A stretch of DNA of 64,000 nt from Dimorphilus gyrociliatus (Eukaryota > Animalia > Annelida). Shown one piece after another: positions 1 to 12,405 of this stretch; positions within the stretch are counted from its first letter, which is position 1, and every line of letters starts with the position of its first letter. Position numbers and translations under genes: made by a program. Location of the stretch: contig CAJFCJ010000013.1 of NCBI GenBank assembly GCA_904063045.1, positions 186,001 to 250,000 of the forward strand. Direction: 5' to 3'. Under the pieces are notes generated by a model that did no database searches, had not been told where the DNA came from, and was given only the letters and a program-made list of their open reading frames with translations.

Positions 1-2
1 GC

Positions 3-572
3 GCTTCATCTTCTGATAATCAGAAAAGACCGAGAGTATTCTTTACTGAACAACAAAAGGAAACTTTGCGCAATGCTTACGCTTCCGATCCTTATCCAAG
101 TCAAAATGTTATCGAAAATCTGGCAAATCAATTAAACGTGGGTCAAAAGACTATCGTTAATTGGTTCCACAATCATAGAATGAGAGCTAAACAACAGCAA
201 CACTCAGTATCTAGTCCCGCGTCATCTGTGTCTTCATCAGCTAGAACAGCTGCCGTCGATAGTGACGACGCTCCAAGCCCAGCCTCAACTGCTAGTTCGT
301 CGGCTGGTGCTCTTACAAGGCCTTTAAATGACGCAGCTCAATGGCTATTTCCAGATTTCATGCCCGTAAAAGCAGAAAAAGCTGAAGAGGAGGAGGAAAT
401 TGACGAAGAATCTTCAAATATGAACGTCACCGTTACAAAATCCAACAAGAGAAAGGCTGCAAAGCCCAAGCGTGTCTACGAGCGAGCAGAGCCAGAAAGA
501 AATGGTGAGAGTTGGGATGATGAAGACGACGTGGGCTCCACATCTGGTCTCACCGTTGTTGCTGCATGCTAA
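3..572 (+). CDS. CUX1: Cut/CUX homeobox protein, terminal homeodomain exon (5' part lies upstream of the window)
   Basis: The frame is open from base 3: QKRPRVFFTEQQKETLRNAYASDPYPSQNVIENLANQLNVGQKTIVNWFHNHRMR. This is a Cut-class homeodomain (His in the WFHN position). CASP exons follow downstream. Confidence 0.9.
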   Translation, partial: ASSSDNQKRPRVFFTEQQKETLRNAYASDPYPSQNVIENLANQLNVGQKTIVNWFHNHRMRAKQQQHSVSSPASSVSSSARTAAVDSDDAPSPASTASSSAGALTRPLNDAAQWLFPDFMPVKAEKAEEEEEIDEESSNMNVTVTKSNKRKAAKPKRVYERAEPERNGESWDDEDDVGSTSGLTVVAAC

Positions 573-1310
573 AAATATGAAATGTAAGAAAGAGCGGAGG
601 AGGAGGAGAGGAGGAGAGGAAGAAGTAATGATAATTATGGACAAGACATAAGAAGAGGAGGTTAAGTAAAAGTTGTTTTAGGAGAACTGGAGGGAGAAAT
701 GTGAACCACAAATGATAAAACCGAATATTTCAACTCATGCATTTACTTATTAAGGAGTAACGGTTTAAAAAAAAATGGCGTTCTATTTTCAAGACCCCAA
801 AAACGGAGGGGAGGAAAAAGAGAAGGCATTATTCGTATTTTTTTAAAGTCAATCGTAGTCGTTCAAAACACAAAGGAAAAAGAAATGCACTGATGAAGCT
901 CATCGTTGTGGCGCCTTGTACGATATCGTTCAAGAAAGTGTTGTTCTAATCAAGATATTTTTTTGGCTTTTTTGATAAAATTGGAATTTTGGACGGTGTT
1001 TCCCAGCTTACTAGGAACCCGCCCCCCCGCCCCCAACAAACAAAATCCCCTGCCCACTTTTATAAACCGCCCCCAACTTAAATACCCAACCCCATAAAAC
1101 TGTTTTAATCAGTTTTAGAAAACATTTATCCTTGAAAAGTTTTGGAAAAACAGAAAAGTTGGGTCGCGAAAAAATATTATTCTTGGCTTATTCTTATTTT
1201 TTTTTAAAGAAAATACTTCGCGATGTTTATTAATGATTTAATTTCTTCTTTGGGATTGCTATGTAATTTTTTTCATTATTTGTGTCAGTATTACCGGTAT
1301 TTTTCCTCCC

Positions 1311-1313
<3 letters not shown>

Positions 1314-1348
<35 letters not shown>
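1314..1348. repeat. (AT)n microsatellite
   Basis: Perfect AT dinucleotide run. Confidence 0.95.
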
Positions 1349-1360
<12 letters not shown>

Positions 1361-3008
1361 ATATGTTTACTCTTTACGACGTCAATTTGTGACATAAAGT
1401 TTACAAAAAGGTATATATATACACGTACAGGATAATTGATATATTCATATGTATAATTTATGCGTATAGAACGCGTATAGAAAAAAAAACCTTATACATA
1501 TGTTTATATTAAAAGAAAGTTTTAAAAAAGGTTATATTTTAAACGTATAAACATGCGTTTATATTTTAAAAATTTACATATTATATATATATATATTGAG
1601 CTGGCGCTGAAAATATTTCATATTTGCTCTACGAATGGATGGAACAATGTTCTCCTTTTTACACTGCTGGTGTACGTCTGCTGTTTTAAAGTATGCGTGC
1701 CTTCTTAATTGTTGTTAAACAGATAAAACGTTACACGTTACATATATATTATGTATTTATATAATTTATTCGTAACAAACCATTTATTTTCCTTTGAACG
1801 TTTTTTATAGCCAAAAAAAACAAACAAAACAAATGTAACAAACGTTTCAGATATTTTTGAAGGTTAAAACGATGTCGAAGTTGATGATTTCTTACAAACA
1901 GAAAGGGCAACAGCTATTTAAAAAAAAAAAGAAGAAAAAGCAATCATTACGACAATAAAGATAATTATCTCTCTTTTTGGGACCAGATTTAAATGATAAA
2001 AGGCAGAAGTTGATATATTGCAAATTATTCAGTTTTTGAATTAGTTGAATAGTTAAAAAAAATAGATTTACATATAAAGGAAACAAAATGAGCAAAGTGA
2101 GAAAGATTTATTAGAAAGGAAAAATATTCTCCTTCTTCTGTACTGAAACGTTTTCTACTATTGTAGGTTTTATGATATGTACATATATGTGTATACGAAT
2201 ATGTATGTATCGTATTTTCACTTGTGCCTCTTCACATTTTGTGGGTTTTTTTTAATTATTTTTGAATATTTTAACTGTAAAACTGTAAAACACTTAAACC
2301 TCTCTCGCTTTGATTCCCAATTTTTGAGCACAAGGCGGACGAAAACAAGAAACGAACGGTTTTTTGGGATCACGAACACAACTGTTTAATTATTTAAAAT
2401 TTATTTTCTTTTTTGGGGTGTTCTTTTCACCTCCTGGGAGAGAAGAAGACCGAAAGGAAATGACGATGGCCTTATAAAAAAAAACAAAAAAAGAAAAGCT
2501 AAAGGACGATGATGGTTGAAAGGATCGCAACTATGTAGACAGGGTTAGGATGAAATATTTATCTTTTTCTTTTTAACTTTTGTCTTGTAAGATCATCTCT
2601 TCTGTTTTTTTTTTGGTATAGAAAATAATTTAAATTATTGAATTGTTGTAGACGTATTGGAATATTAACTTTGGCCTATGTTAAATTAATTAGATTCGTC
2701 TTTCGAAGCTATAAAAAAAAAAAAAGAAAGACGTATATACAAAATACGAGTAAAGCAGGAAGGATGGAATATAAAATGTATCTAAAAATGAAACAAAAGA
2801 TTATTAGAGTAGGGTTTTCAAAGAAACAGCTTATCAACAGTCTAACAATAAATAGTCTGGTTAATATTCCAATAGTTTTAAAACTGATATAACGATTGTC
2901 CGCCGGTTTTTAATTTGTTTTTAATTGTCCTATTATGTAGTCATTTTTAACACTTAAAAATTGTAACAATTCATCGAACATCCACGCACGCAAATAGCCT
3001 ACATACAA

Positions 3009-3035
3009 ACACACACACACACACACACACACACA
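3009..3035. repeat. (AC)n microsatellite
   Basis: Perfect AC run. Confidence 0.95.
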
Positions 3036-3379
3036 TGATATATATATCCATTCATTCATTCGTAATATACAGCATATAGATGTTTTATCTTAGTATTTTG
3101 CAATTGCTTTCTTCTTAATTATTATTGTTATTATTATTATTCGCTTTAAAAACATGTAACTTAAATATCTTTGTAAAAGTGAAATCTTGATAAAATTCGA
3201 CATAAGTGTTGTGTTCAATCGGTGCCTCCTCGTATTTTTCTACTATTCAACGCACGTGTTGTTGCTTTATGGTGCTATTAATTGAAAGAAAGGGATGGGA
3301 AAAAAGTGAGTGAAAAAGGGAGAGAGACGGACGGACAGACAGGGAGAGGGGGAGAGAAAATAATAATTAGTTATTCATT

Positions 3380-3412
<33 letters not shown>

Positions 3413-3413
3413 T
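3380..3413. repeat. (CT)n microsatellite
   Basis: CT run with one interruption. Confidence 0.9.
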
Positions 3414-4870
3414 TCACGCTTTCTCTCTTTCTTTTTTTTTTAAGTTTTTTTGTAAAAAAGAAAAAAGTTGCATATTATTTTTTCTTTTTATTTTTATTTT
3501 AGAAAGGAAAATGTTATTATTTTTTTCTTCTTTTTTTTTGTAAATTTATATTGCCATTTAAAAAAAAAAAGAGAAAAAATGAATTATTTTTTAAAATGAT
3601 TGTACCAGACGGCGTTCACAAAAAATTTAAAATTTTTTAATTGAATATTAATTTTTTTGTTTCCCGATTTTTTTTAAACGAAAAAAAAGAAAGAAAAAAA
3701 TCGGAATTGTAATTTTTTTTTTTTAATGTTTGGCTTTTGTTTTAATCATTTCTGAATGTACAAAACAAAAACAAAAAAAGGAAGATTTTTCTCTTATATC
3801 ATTTAATACTTCAGTAAATGACGATAGATTTTTATTTTGGCGTTCAGAAATAATTTTCTTTGTTTATTTTTGTTTTTTTTCTTTGTTTCTTGAAAAAAAA
3901 ACTGCTTGTCGTTTTATCCTATTGTTGTGATGATGTAAATTGTATTTATCATATATTTTTTATATATGAGTAAACCAGTATTTATATATGTATATTGGAC
4001 TTTCTAAAAAGAAATGTTCATACAATATTATTGTGTTGTGATGTCTCTTTATTTTTAAGCTCTCTTTACAGTGTTCGTTTTTTCTTTTTGTATAAATAGA
4101 AAAATGACAACAAATGCATATTTTCTATTTTCATTTTATTAATATTTTTGTTTATTTTAAATATCTACTTGTAACATTACTGCTTACTTCATTTTTGCTT
4201 TAATATTCAATAGTTTCTGTCTTATTCTTGAAACGACAAAACCAATAATAGTCTTATGTTCTTTTTTGACATAACTGTTAAAGTGCATGGTATACATATA
4301 TACCTACTGTGTATTTCTTTGACCACTCTAATAAGTGATGATGTGTCGAGTAGGTGTGGTGCTATTTAGTTTTTAATGGTGAAGTGTGAATGTCGATGAA
4401 AAAAAAAACCAATAAGTGGCAAAAAAACTTATTTTTAAGAAACGCTCCATTCAGTCAGCGCCAGTTTTTTTTTGACTATATTATATTTCTTTTTCTCTTA
4501 ATTGCATTAGGATGTATATATGTATATATACTGTATACATGTTAATGCAATGGTTCATATATATATATATATATATATATATGAACAAAATTATAATGTT
4601 TGTAAAAAATTTTTGAAATGAAAAAATGAATTGCTTTTTTGTCGTTTACGATTTGCTGTTCATTTTACGCTTTTACAGCTTATAAAGGAAAAAATGTTCA
4701 TTTTTATCTCTCTACTTATAATAAGGTAAAGATAAATCTTAAAAGAAAATTATATATATTAGTATATATATATATATATACTTTTAATTGTTCATTTGTT
4801 TAATCCTTCAAGTTTTTTATACGTGCATATAAGTTGATGGATGGAAGAAAAGAAAAAAGAGAGATATGGA

Positions 4871-4904
<34 letters not shown>

Positions 4905-6853
4905 CAGAATAGATAATGATCTCTCTTTTTCTTTCTTATTAATCACTTTTGTTCAATTTACTCCGATGTTCTACATTTGTTTTTGTTTTTTTAACTTATA
5001 TGTTTGGCATTTATTTTTTTTTATTTTTCTTTACGAAAAAGAAAAATAGTAAAAAATCTTTTTTCTGTGGTAGTCATTTTACTATTATTATTTGTTTTTA
5101 TATTTTGTTTTCTCTAAAATCTTTTATTTTCTATCCCGGCCTTATCTTTTTTATAAAGATATATATGAATTAGCTATTCGGCTATTAATATTATCCTTTA
5201 GCTATCTGTCTTTTTCCTTTTTGCCTCCTTTACCCGAGTCATCCAGTGTTCAAAAACAAATATGAAAACCTATTTTTGATTTTTTTTTTGTTTTATTTTT
5301 TTTTTTGTTTACTTTTTTTTTATTTGTTAAAATATTTTATTATAATTATTGTATCGCCATTTTATCCCTTTTTTTTCTTTTATCTATCCATTTCTGAACT
5401 TGTATGTTACTCGCCTTTTAATCTAACTGTATTTGCCACATACTATCCTTCACTAAAACCTATCACTTTTGCCTTTTAAATAATTCCCCTCCCCCCTCTA
5501 TCCTCTCCCTTCTCTCACTTACGGACCGCTCTCGTTCTCTATCCAGATATATTTTGTCTATTTTTGCCTTTTCAAAAAGAAACCTTTTCACCCATGTTCA
5601 GCTTTTTACTTTGCATTTTTTCTCTATAAGTATTATTAGATTGTAAAAGTAGAAATCGTGTACATAGTTGATATATATGTATACATTTAAAAGATAAAAA
5701 AAACTATGTTTGCTCGCGTCTTAGTGTTTTATTTTTGTAAATAACGCGCTTGTGTTCAAAAAAACAAAAAAAACAAATTAGTTCTTAATCGTAAACCAAC
5801 AGCTGCATACGTTTTTTTCGTTCAAACGTAAGAAAAAGTTTTTTAAAGCGTTTCATGATGATACAAATTATGTGTGTATAAAAAAAAGTGACGCCTTAAA
5901 CGGTCGACGTCTAGTCACCCTTTGTCCTTGTTCTATCTCTCTCTCTCCCTCCCGTCACTATACCGAAACCTCCCTCTATCTCCCCTCCCACCAACGTCTT
6001 CACTCTTGTTTATGTTTTTCAAAAGAAAAAAAGAAAAAAATATCTGTTCACTTTTTAATCGTTTGAACGTTTTAAAGTGTCTCTCTTAAAAAACAGAGAA
6101 GTGATGTGTCGTCGCTTCTTGTTTGTCTGCGTCTCCAAAAAAAAAAACAAAACAAAAAAGAGAGGAGAGAAGAAAATAATAATAATAATAATAAGAAAAA
6201 TGTATAAATAAAAAGAGTAAACGATCGGAAAAAAGGCGGGTTTTTTTTTATTATTCGTTTTTTTTCTTTTTTTGATTGAATCGTGAGCGCAATGGATATG
6301 TAATAGCGATTGTTTTGTCGCTTTTCTTCAGTATTTTTTTTTTTCATGTTTATTTGATGGGTGTAAAATTTCAATTGAATATAAAAGTGCATTATTTATG
6401 CCTTAAAAAAATTTAAAGGGATGTGTTGATATACGATAATAAAAATTTATCTAGTTCAATTATTCTATAGTAGGAATAAAGAAATTAATAAGAATTTACT
6501 ATTCTCCCACCAACGCTCCTGTCTACAATTCTTTTTATAGAGTCATTCATTATGATACAAACAAATAAACAATTATAAATAAATATATATATTGATGCTG
6601 ACTGTAGGCTGGTTTTTATTTCTTTTGCTCTTTTGCTTATTTCTATAACCAGAGTTAGGTGAGAAGTAAACTAATATATATGTAGTTTAAGCTTTGTAGA
6701 ATCTCTCCTATTTCCTTCCCGCCCCCACTCCACCCACACTTTCCATCATGTATATTATAATTAATTTTCTAAGAACAATGATAAAGTAACAAACAATCAC
6801 CAAAAACAAAAAACAAACAAACTATCTAATCTGAAAAATAAAACAAAAAACAG

Positions 6854-7521
6854 GCAAACTGTCTCAGTTAGAGAATGATTATCGAGACATATCGAGCACT
6901 TGCCAAGAGCAGAAACATCTAATTGGTCAATTGGAGGATGATCTCAGATCAGTAAATGCTATGTCTTCGATGTTTAGAGGAGACGCTGAAGGCTCTTCTG
7001 CACCTGCCCCTAATACGGACGTTATAGTGGACGTTTCTAACAGCGCTTTGACTGATAAAGATTTAGATTTGAAATCATCGGCATCTGATTCGTTAATGTA
7101 CATAGTCCAATCGCAAAGAGAGAGATTCCGGTTGAGAGCTCAAGAATTGGAAGTTGTTAGTATAACCAATAGATTTTTTGGCTGGCTTGTGATTGATTGA
7201 TTGATTGATTAATTAATTTCTTTTTTTTCTCCCCCTTTTTTTTTTTATTAAAAACCTACAGCAAAATATAGCACTCCAACAGCAAGCTCAAGCAGCTCAA
7301 AACGAAACTGACAAGTTGAGATCGGATAATCTGAAATTGTACGAGAAAATTAAGTTCCTTCAAAGTTATCCGGCTGAGGTAAGTTCGGGGAAATGAAAGA
7401 GATGACAAGGGTAGAATTTAAAATCAATTAAAAATCTAGCTCTGTCTCTATCTTTTATTCTTTCTTTTTGAGTTTCTTCCTTCTTGTTTCTCTTTCCTCT
7501 TTTATTCAATAGTACGTAGAA

Positions 7522-7553
<32 letters not shown>

Positions 7554-8159
7554 GATGCTTTTCTTTTTTGTTAATAATCATTGAATTCTTCAAATAATTG
7601 TCAGAAGAGAAATACCGTTGACGAAACTGTTTCGAAATATCAAGTTCAATATGAAGCGAAATTGGATCCATTTTCCTCCTTTAGTAAAAAGGAAAAAATG
7701 AGAAAGTATATGAACCTAAAACCCTATGAAAGGATCACGTTGAGCATGGGACGTTTTATAATGGGAAATTCCGTTGCTCGTACTGTAACCTTCTTCTATA
7801 CTCTATTGCTGCATATGCTTGTATTCCTTGTACTGTATAAGATCGCTCATACAAATGATTGTAAGAGAGACTTGGCGGCTGAATGTCACAAAAGGTTTGT
7901 ATATAATATGATTTTTTTTTTATTATTCTAGGTTATCTTAATTATTCTATATTTTTTTGTATTCCTTCTCTCCATGAAGAGAGAGAGAGAGAGTTTATTC
8001 ATTTTTCCATATATATTTTGCCATAGTATAAATGGACTTGAAAAAAGTAATAAGAAGAGATAAAATAGTTAGATTTTAATATTTTCGTTTCCTTTATTCA
8101 GCTTCGCGGACCACATGGCTAACGTACATGGGAAAGAGAATTGGAACGGACCGCATTAA
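6854..8159 (+). CDS. CUX1: CASP (golgin) isoform-specific exons of the CUX locus: 6854-7155, 7262-7378, 7605-7894, 8102-8159
   Basis: The GT-AG model is phase-consistent and gives SQRERFRLRAQELE, DNLKLYEKIKFLQSY, YEAKLDPFSSF, a TM segment ARTVTFFYTLLLHMLVFLVLY and FADH, matching the CASP C-terminal domain. The first exon starts in phase 1 and needs upstream shared exons. Confidence 0.9.
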
Positions 8160-8232
8160 ATGTGTTTTAAACCGTTTTGTGAATTATAAATTATTTAAAC
8201 AGTTGGTACGCAAATATGTTCTAGTTGAAAGA

Positions 8233-9405
8233 TTATCTATCGAACGACCAATGATTCTTCTGGTGCTTTTTCTCGGCTTTACCGTTAGATCGTGGTTTAA
8301 GTCCTAAAGCGCTAGGACTATAGCGTCGGTTGAAGGGTTGGTTGAAATCCTTATGATTTGTAGGGCTGGCAACTTTTCGAAATTTTGGGGTCATTTCTTC
8401 TCGTTTATAGTTTTTTGATTGTTCTGCAGTTAAATCTTCGTTCGAGAACACTAATCTAGCTTGATTAGTAAATAGAGGTAGGACTTTTGCTGCCGCTTTA
8501 TCTTTCGATTTTTCCACTTCCCTTCCTCCATCCTGACTAGATGAACGATCTGAGTAGGTGGACGATTGCCTACCTTCGTCGTTTTCGTTCGAATTTTGCG
8601 GTCCATACTCGTCATCGTCGTCATCATCGTCGTCTGCCGACAAGTCGTAATCTTTTGGCGGATAGACGAGCGGTCCTGTTTTTTGAGCGGGTCTTTGCTT
8701 ACTTCCCAACTTTTCTCGCAGCTCGGCAGCCAATCGATGATAGGGCAACTCCTCGTCCATAACATTGGGATCGGCAATGACTTTGTCCTGTATGTAGGAA
8801 ACCTGAGAAACAGGCTTGTACTCTTCGTTCGATTCCAAAGTTTCGTGAGTTCTTGCGCTAGTAACAGAGCTAACGTCGTCGGAGGCAATGGTGGGAGTTT
8901 TTCTCTGCCTGATATTTGTTGAAGCTCTTGCCATAATTTTACCCATGCTGACCAATTCCTCTTCGATTCGCCTTACTCTCTTCTCGTTCTCCTCTAATTG
9001 CACGCAGAGCGAATTGAAGGTGTCGACAAGAGCTTGAGCAGTGTCGGCCGAATCACAGCGATAAGCGTGAACATGAACCGCCCTTTTTGTGTTGGGATTA
9101 TATCCAAGGAAAATGCAGGCGACAACATCTTCATCGGGAGAGAGAGCTTGTGTAGCGTAAGTGACGTCTTTAGATGGTTGAAACGGGTATTTGATCTTCT
9201 TCTTATCTCCCATCTGAATAATTTTCACTTCCTTCTTAGATATATCAATCGTTAATTTCGGTAGCTCATCATTATGCCGTCTCAAAACTAATTCTCGTAC
9301 GATTGGCTCCGTAAACTCCCTTCCCCATAATCCGGAGGATTCCATCCATCCTAGGTACTGAACGTAGAACTTTTTACTTGATTTCCTACTGGATAACGAC
9401 GACAT
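8233..9405 (-). CDS. Intronless PTB/PID-domain adaptor protein with a long disordered tail
   Basis: FYVQYLGW...VHVHAYRCDSADTAQALV is a PTB-fold signature. The first in-frame ATG is at 9405. Confidence 0.75.
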   Translation of the reverse strand: MSSLSSRKSSKKFYVQYLGWMESSGLWGREFTEPIVRELVLRRHNDELPKLTIDISKKEVKIIQMGDKKKIKYPFQPSKDVTYATQALSPDEDVVACIFLGYNPNTKRAVHVHAYRCDSADTAQALVDTFNSLCVQLEENEKRVRRIEEELVSMGKIMARASTNIRQRKTPTIASDDVSSVTSARTHETLESNEEYKPVSQVSYIQDKVIADPNVMDEELPYHRLAAELREKLGSKQRPAQKTGPLVYPPKDYDLSADDDDDDDDEYGPQNSNENDEGRQSSTYSDRSSSQDGGREVEKSKDKAAAKVLPLFTNQARLVFSNEDLTAEQSKNYKREEMTPKFRKVASPTNHKDFNQPFNRRYSPSALGLKPRSNGKAEKKHQKNHWSFDR

Positions 9406-9878
9406 AATTCTCAATTTGCAATACGAAACGAAATAAAAACCGCGCCCCGTTACGCTTCAATAGATTTTTAAGGCCAATTTTTTATTCTATTTTCTTTTGT
9501 CGCTTGCCTTATCCTTCTGTCGTTTTACCCCCTCCACGCCTACTTTGTCTCTTCCTCAATCCCTGCCCTCTCTCTCTCTCTCTCTTTAGATATCTACCTA
9601 ATATTTCTATTTGTAACTATTTTCTTCGAATACATTCAAAGAGCGGCGGCGGTTTCTTGTAAAAAAAAAACAACTTTTTATCGGATACCCGCCCCTCCCC
9701 CCTCCCTCCCCTTGCGCAGACCGCTTAAAAAATTGATTGTTTGTATCGATCAAGCTGCCGCCTCGCAATGTGTTCGCTTTACAGCACTACTCCAGTACTA
9801 AACGCTATATTATACATATAAATACATATTAATTTACATACCGAACGTAAAAGGCAACTACTACTATTAAAGGAATCG
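9406..9878. promoter_or_regulatory. Putative bidirectional promoter between head-to-head intronless genes
   Basis: There are about 470 bp between the two ATGs. A GC box CCCGCCCC at 9688-9695 and CpG-containing patches stand out from the AT-rich background. Confidence 0.4.
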
Positions 9879-10643
9879 ATGGGAAAGAGGAACTCGAAGA
9901 TGGCAAACTCTCATAGGATAGACGCTTTTTTAATGGCCGAGATATATTTATCGGTTTGGCCTCCGACATGCGTTCAAATTGATAAACTACGAGCATTTGG
10001 CCAACTGCAGAATGGTCGGAAGTCAACTATAACTTTACTAGAAGACGGTAATATTAAGACGAGAACCGTTCTAGGAACAAACTACTATAGATCTTGCGAT
10101 GTTGAATGCCTAGATTCGGACGATGGCTTATCGAATTTGCTTCTAATAGCGGTGAGGTTAACGAACGCTAAATATGAATTAACTATATTCAAGTGCCAGA
10201 GTGCGACCGATTGCCGTATGTTTGTAAATATGTTTAGAGAATCTATTAGGCGACCTATGTCTAATTGGTCCTTCTATCCGAAAGAGGACGAAGTGACTAG
10301 GGGAATAAATGATGCTGTAGATAATGTTTTTGGGAAGGATGTAAAAATTCACGAGCCGAAACGTCCAATCAATTCTGTTCGAAGGCATCTAGTCGATCTT
10401 AGTCGGGAAGTAGAGAGGTTAAGAAATGTCGTTAAGAGAAAGCCGTCGTATAAGATGCCAAGCGCCGAAGACGTCAATCAGGGAAGATTGGACGTTATCG
10501 ATCCGGAATTTAGTGGCATTATCAGTGCGAATAAGCAAGAAATCGAAGTTATCAAGGGAAGGCGGAATACGATTACTTTTATCCGTTCCAGCCGTCCAAC
10601 ACCGGTTAGGAAGAGATTCCCCCAACGTGGTTATCGGAGGTGA
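9879..10643 (+). CDS. Intronless 254-aa protein with a possible divergent PTB/PH-like N-terminal domain
   Basis: Long ATG-initiated ORF. YELTIFKCQSATDCRMFVNMF resembles the last strand and helix of PTB domains. Confidence 0.6.
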   Translation: MGKRNSKMANSHRIDAFLMAEIYLSVWPPTCVQIDKLRAFGQLQNGRKSTITLLEDGNIKTRTVLGTNYYRSCDVECLDSDDGLSNLLLIAVRLTNAKYELTIFKCQSATDCRMFVNMFRESIRRPMSNWSFYPKEDEVTRGINDAVDNVFGKDVKIHEPKRPINSVRRHLVDLSREVERLRNVVKRKPSYKMPSAEDVNQGRLDVIDPEFSGIISANKQEIEVIKGRRNTITFIRSSRPTPVRKRFPQRGYRR

Positions 10644-10721
10644 CAAGAGATGGCGCTACTACTATCCGCTCTAATTCATTTTTCATTTATTAATATTTTT
10701 TAAAAGGAACAGACACCCATT

Positions 10722-11320
10722 TTAATACTGTATTTTCGGCGCATTCTTATGTTGAATAATTCTTGTGTAGTTCGATACCGGATAATTAACATATTGTTCC
10801 CCGTACAATGTTCTCTCCCCTAATTTCCTTTCGACATCCTTAAATAGTCTCCTTTTCTCGGCTGAAACTTTAGGCAAGCGCAAATCAATCGAATCGATAC
10901 GGTCGTAGACTCTTGGCGTTATTGGCTTTTGAAAATGTTCGGATAACCATTCTGGATGAACCACGAAAGAGGATCTGAAATATCCGGTCGTTGTGAAGAC
11001 GCTTCTCCTATGTACCGGCGGGTTGACATTTTTATAACGTCGTCCAGATTTCTTTCCGGTAATTGGATCACGGTCCGTTAATTTTGGTAGAGTTAATTGC
11101 GTACTGTAATGTAAAAGTTTTGTTTTAATGAGTAACGAGATAAGGTGAGATATCAGCAAAATGAGGAGGAGGACAAAGAGTTACTCTCTCATTATGTGGT
11201 TTGTTATTTTAGCCCTTACCCTTCTATGAACTGTCTATTTACTTCATTATTCCTATTAATCAACGCGCTCGGTGTTCCGGCGACCGTCTGGGGCGAATCG
11301 CTGTAAATTGCAGTAGTCAT
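10722..11320 (-). CDS. Hypothetical 160-aa protein, two exons (11320-11220, 11103-10722)
   Basis: The ATG exon MTTAIYSDSP...FIE ends GG|GTAAGG (phase 2) and joins ttacag|T ACG CAA in frame with the tracked ORF. The product contains SSFVVHPEWLSE. I do not recognise the family. Confidence 0.6.
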
Positions 11321-11777
11321 AACCTTCTAAAACATTCTAAAGCTCTCAACTGCAACCGCGCAGTTGCCATTGACTATTCCTATTCGATCTTCATAAATTA
11401 TAAATAGGAATTTGGCCTACTTTCTCCTTTTTTTTTTTTTTACTTCAACTAATCCTTCGACCTCAAAAAAGACGCACGCAGAATAAAAAAGCATTCAGCC
11501 AACTATTCAAGCGTATTGAACATAAACATATCATAAATAATAGTGTAATGAAGCACAAAATACTTTCAACAGTTAATATTAAAAGCAGGTTTATAAAAAA
11601 AAAAGTTCCATTATTCTATTATTGTTTTTTATATAATTTTCGTTTTGTTTATCATTAATATTTTTATGTCTTTTTTTTGTTTCTTTCTCATTTTTTTTTA
11701 GATACTTTTTGTTAAGCAGACTTTTGCTTTTTTTTTTTTTGATTTTCTATCAATTTTTCTCCTGTTAGTAGTTTACA

Positions 11778-11780
11778 AAA

Positions 11781-11811
<31 letters not shown>

Positions 11812-11850
11812 TAGAAAATAAAGAAATCTATTCATAAACACTATATATTA

Positions 11851-11899
<49 letters not shown>
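11778..11899. repeat. Compound (AT)n microsatellite region
   Basis: Two long AT runs in AT-only sequence. Confidence 0.9.
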
Positions 11900-11902
<3 letters not shown>

Positions 11903-12405
11903 ATATATTTGTATATTTATATAAAGATAAACAATAAATCCATAATAATATGTTTATGTATATATGCAAATATATACTACATATATGTTCAAAGATTATA
12001 TATATTTATATATGTACTGTACGCATATAAATTGTCTAGTATATATTTATATACATAGATACATAGATGTATGAAATTTATATTAAATTGTGTAAATATT
12101 TAGAGAAACGGGACCTACCCTTAAAGAAATTGTTCATTTTTACTCTGAAAAAATTTTTTATGGGCTGAAAGCGTGAGGTGCCAATTTTTTTGTTAAGAAT
12201 TTTCTGTATTGCATCATTGAAGCTATCTGTAATAAAAACAAAGTTTAAAGTAATGTTTAGTTTCTTTAATAATATATATTATCTGTATACAAAATGTATA
12301 TATATATATATATATATTTGCATACAGTAAAAATATACTGTATTATATATGTATATAATTTGCATTATTAGCTTAAGAATAGTTAAAAGTGTGAATAATT
12401 AAAAA

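Noticed and set aside
906-6392. Many 60-106 aa ORFs in the track (F/L/I/K/Y-rich)
   Set aside because: They are translations of poly-A/T runs and microsatellites, with no domain signal or splice support.
8451-10674. Overlapping or antisense ORFs inside the two PTB-like genes
   Set aside because: They are shadow frames of longer, better-supported ORFs.
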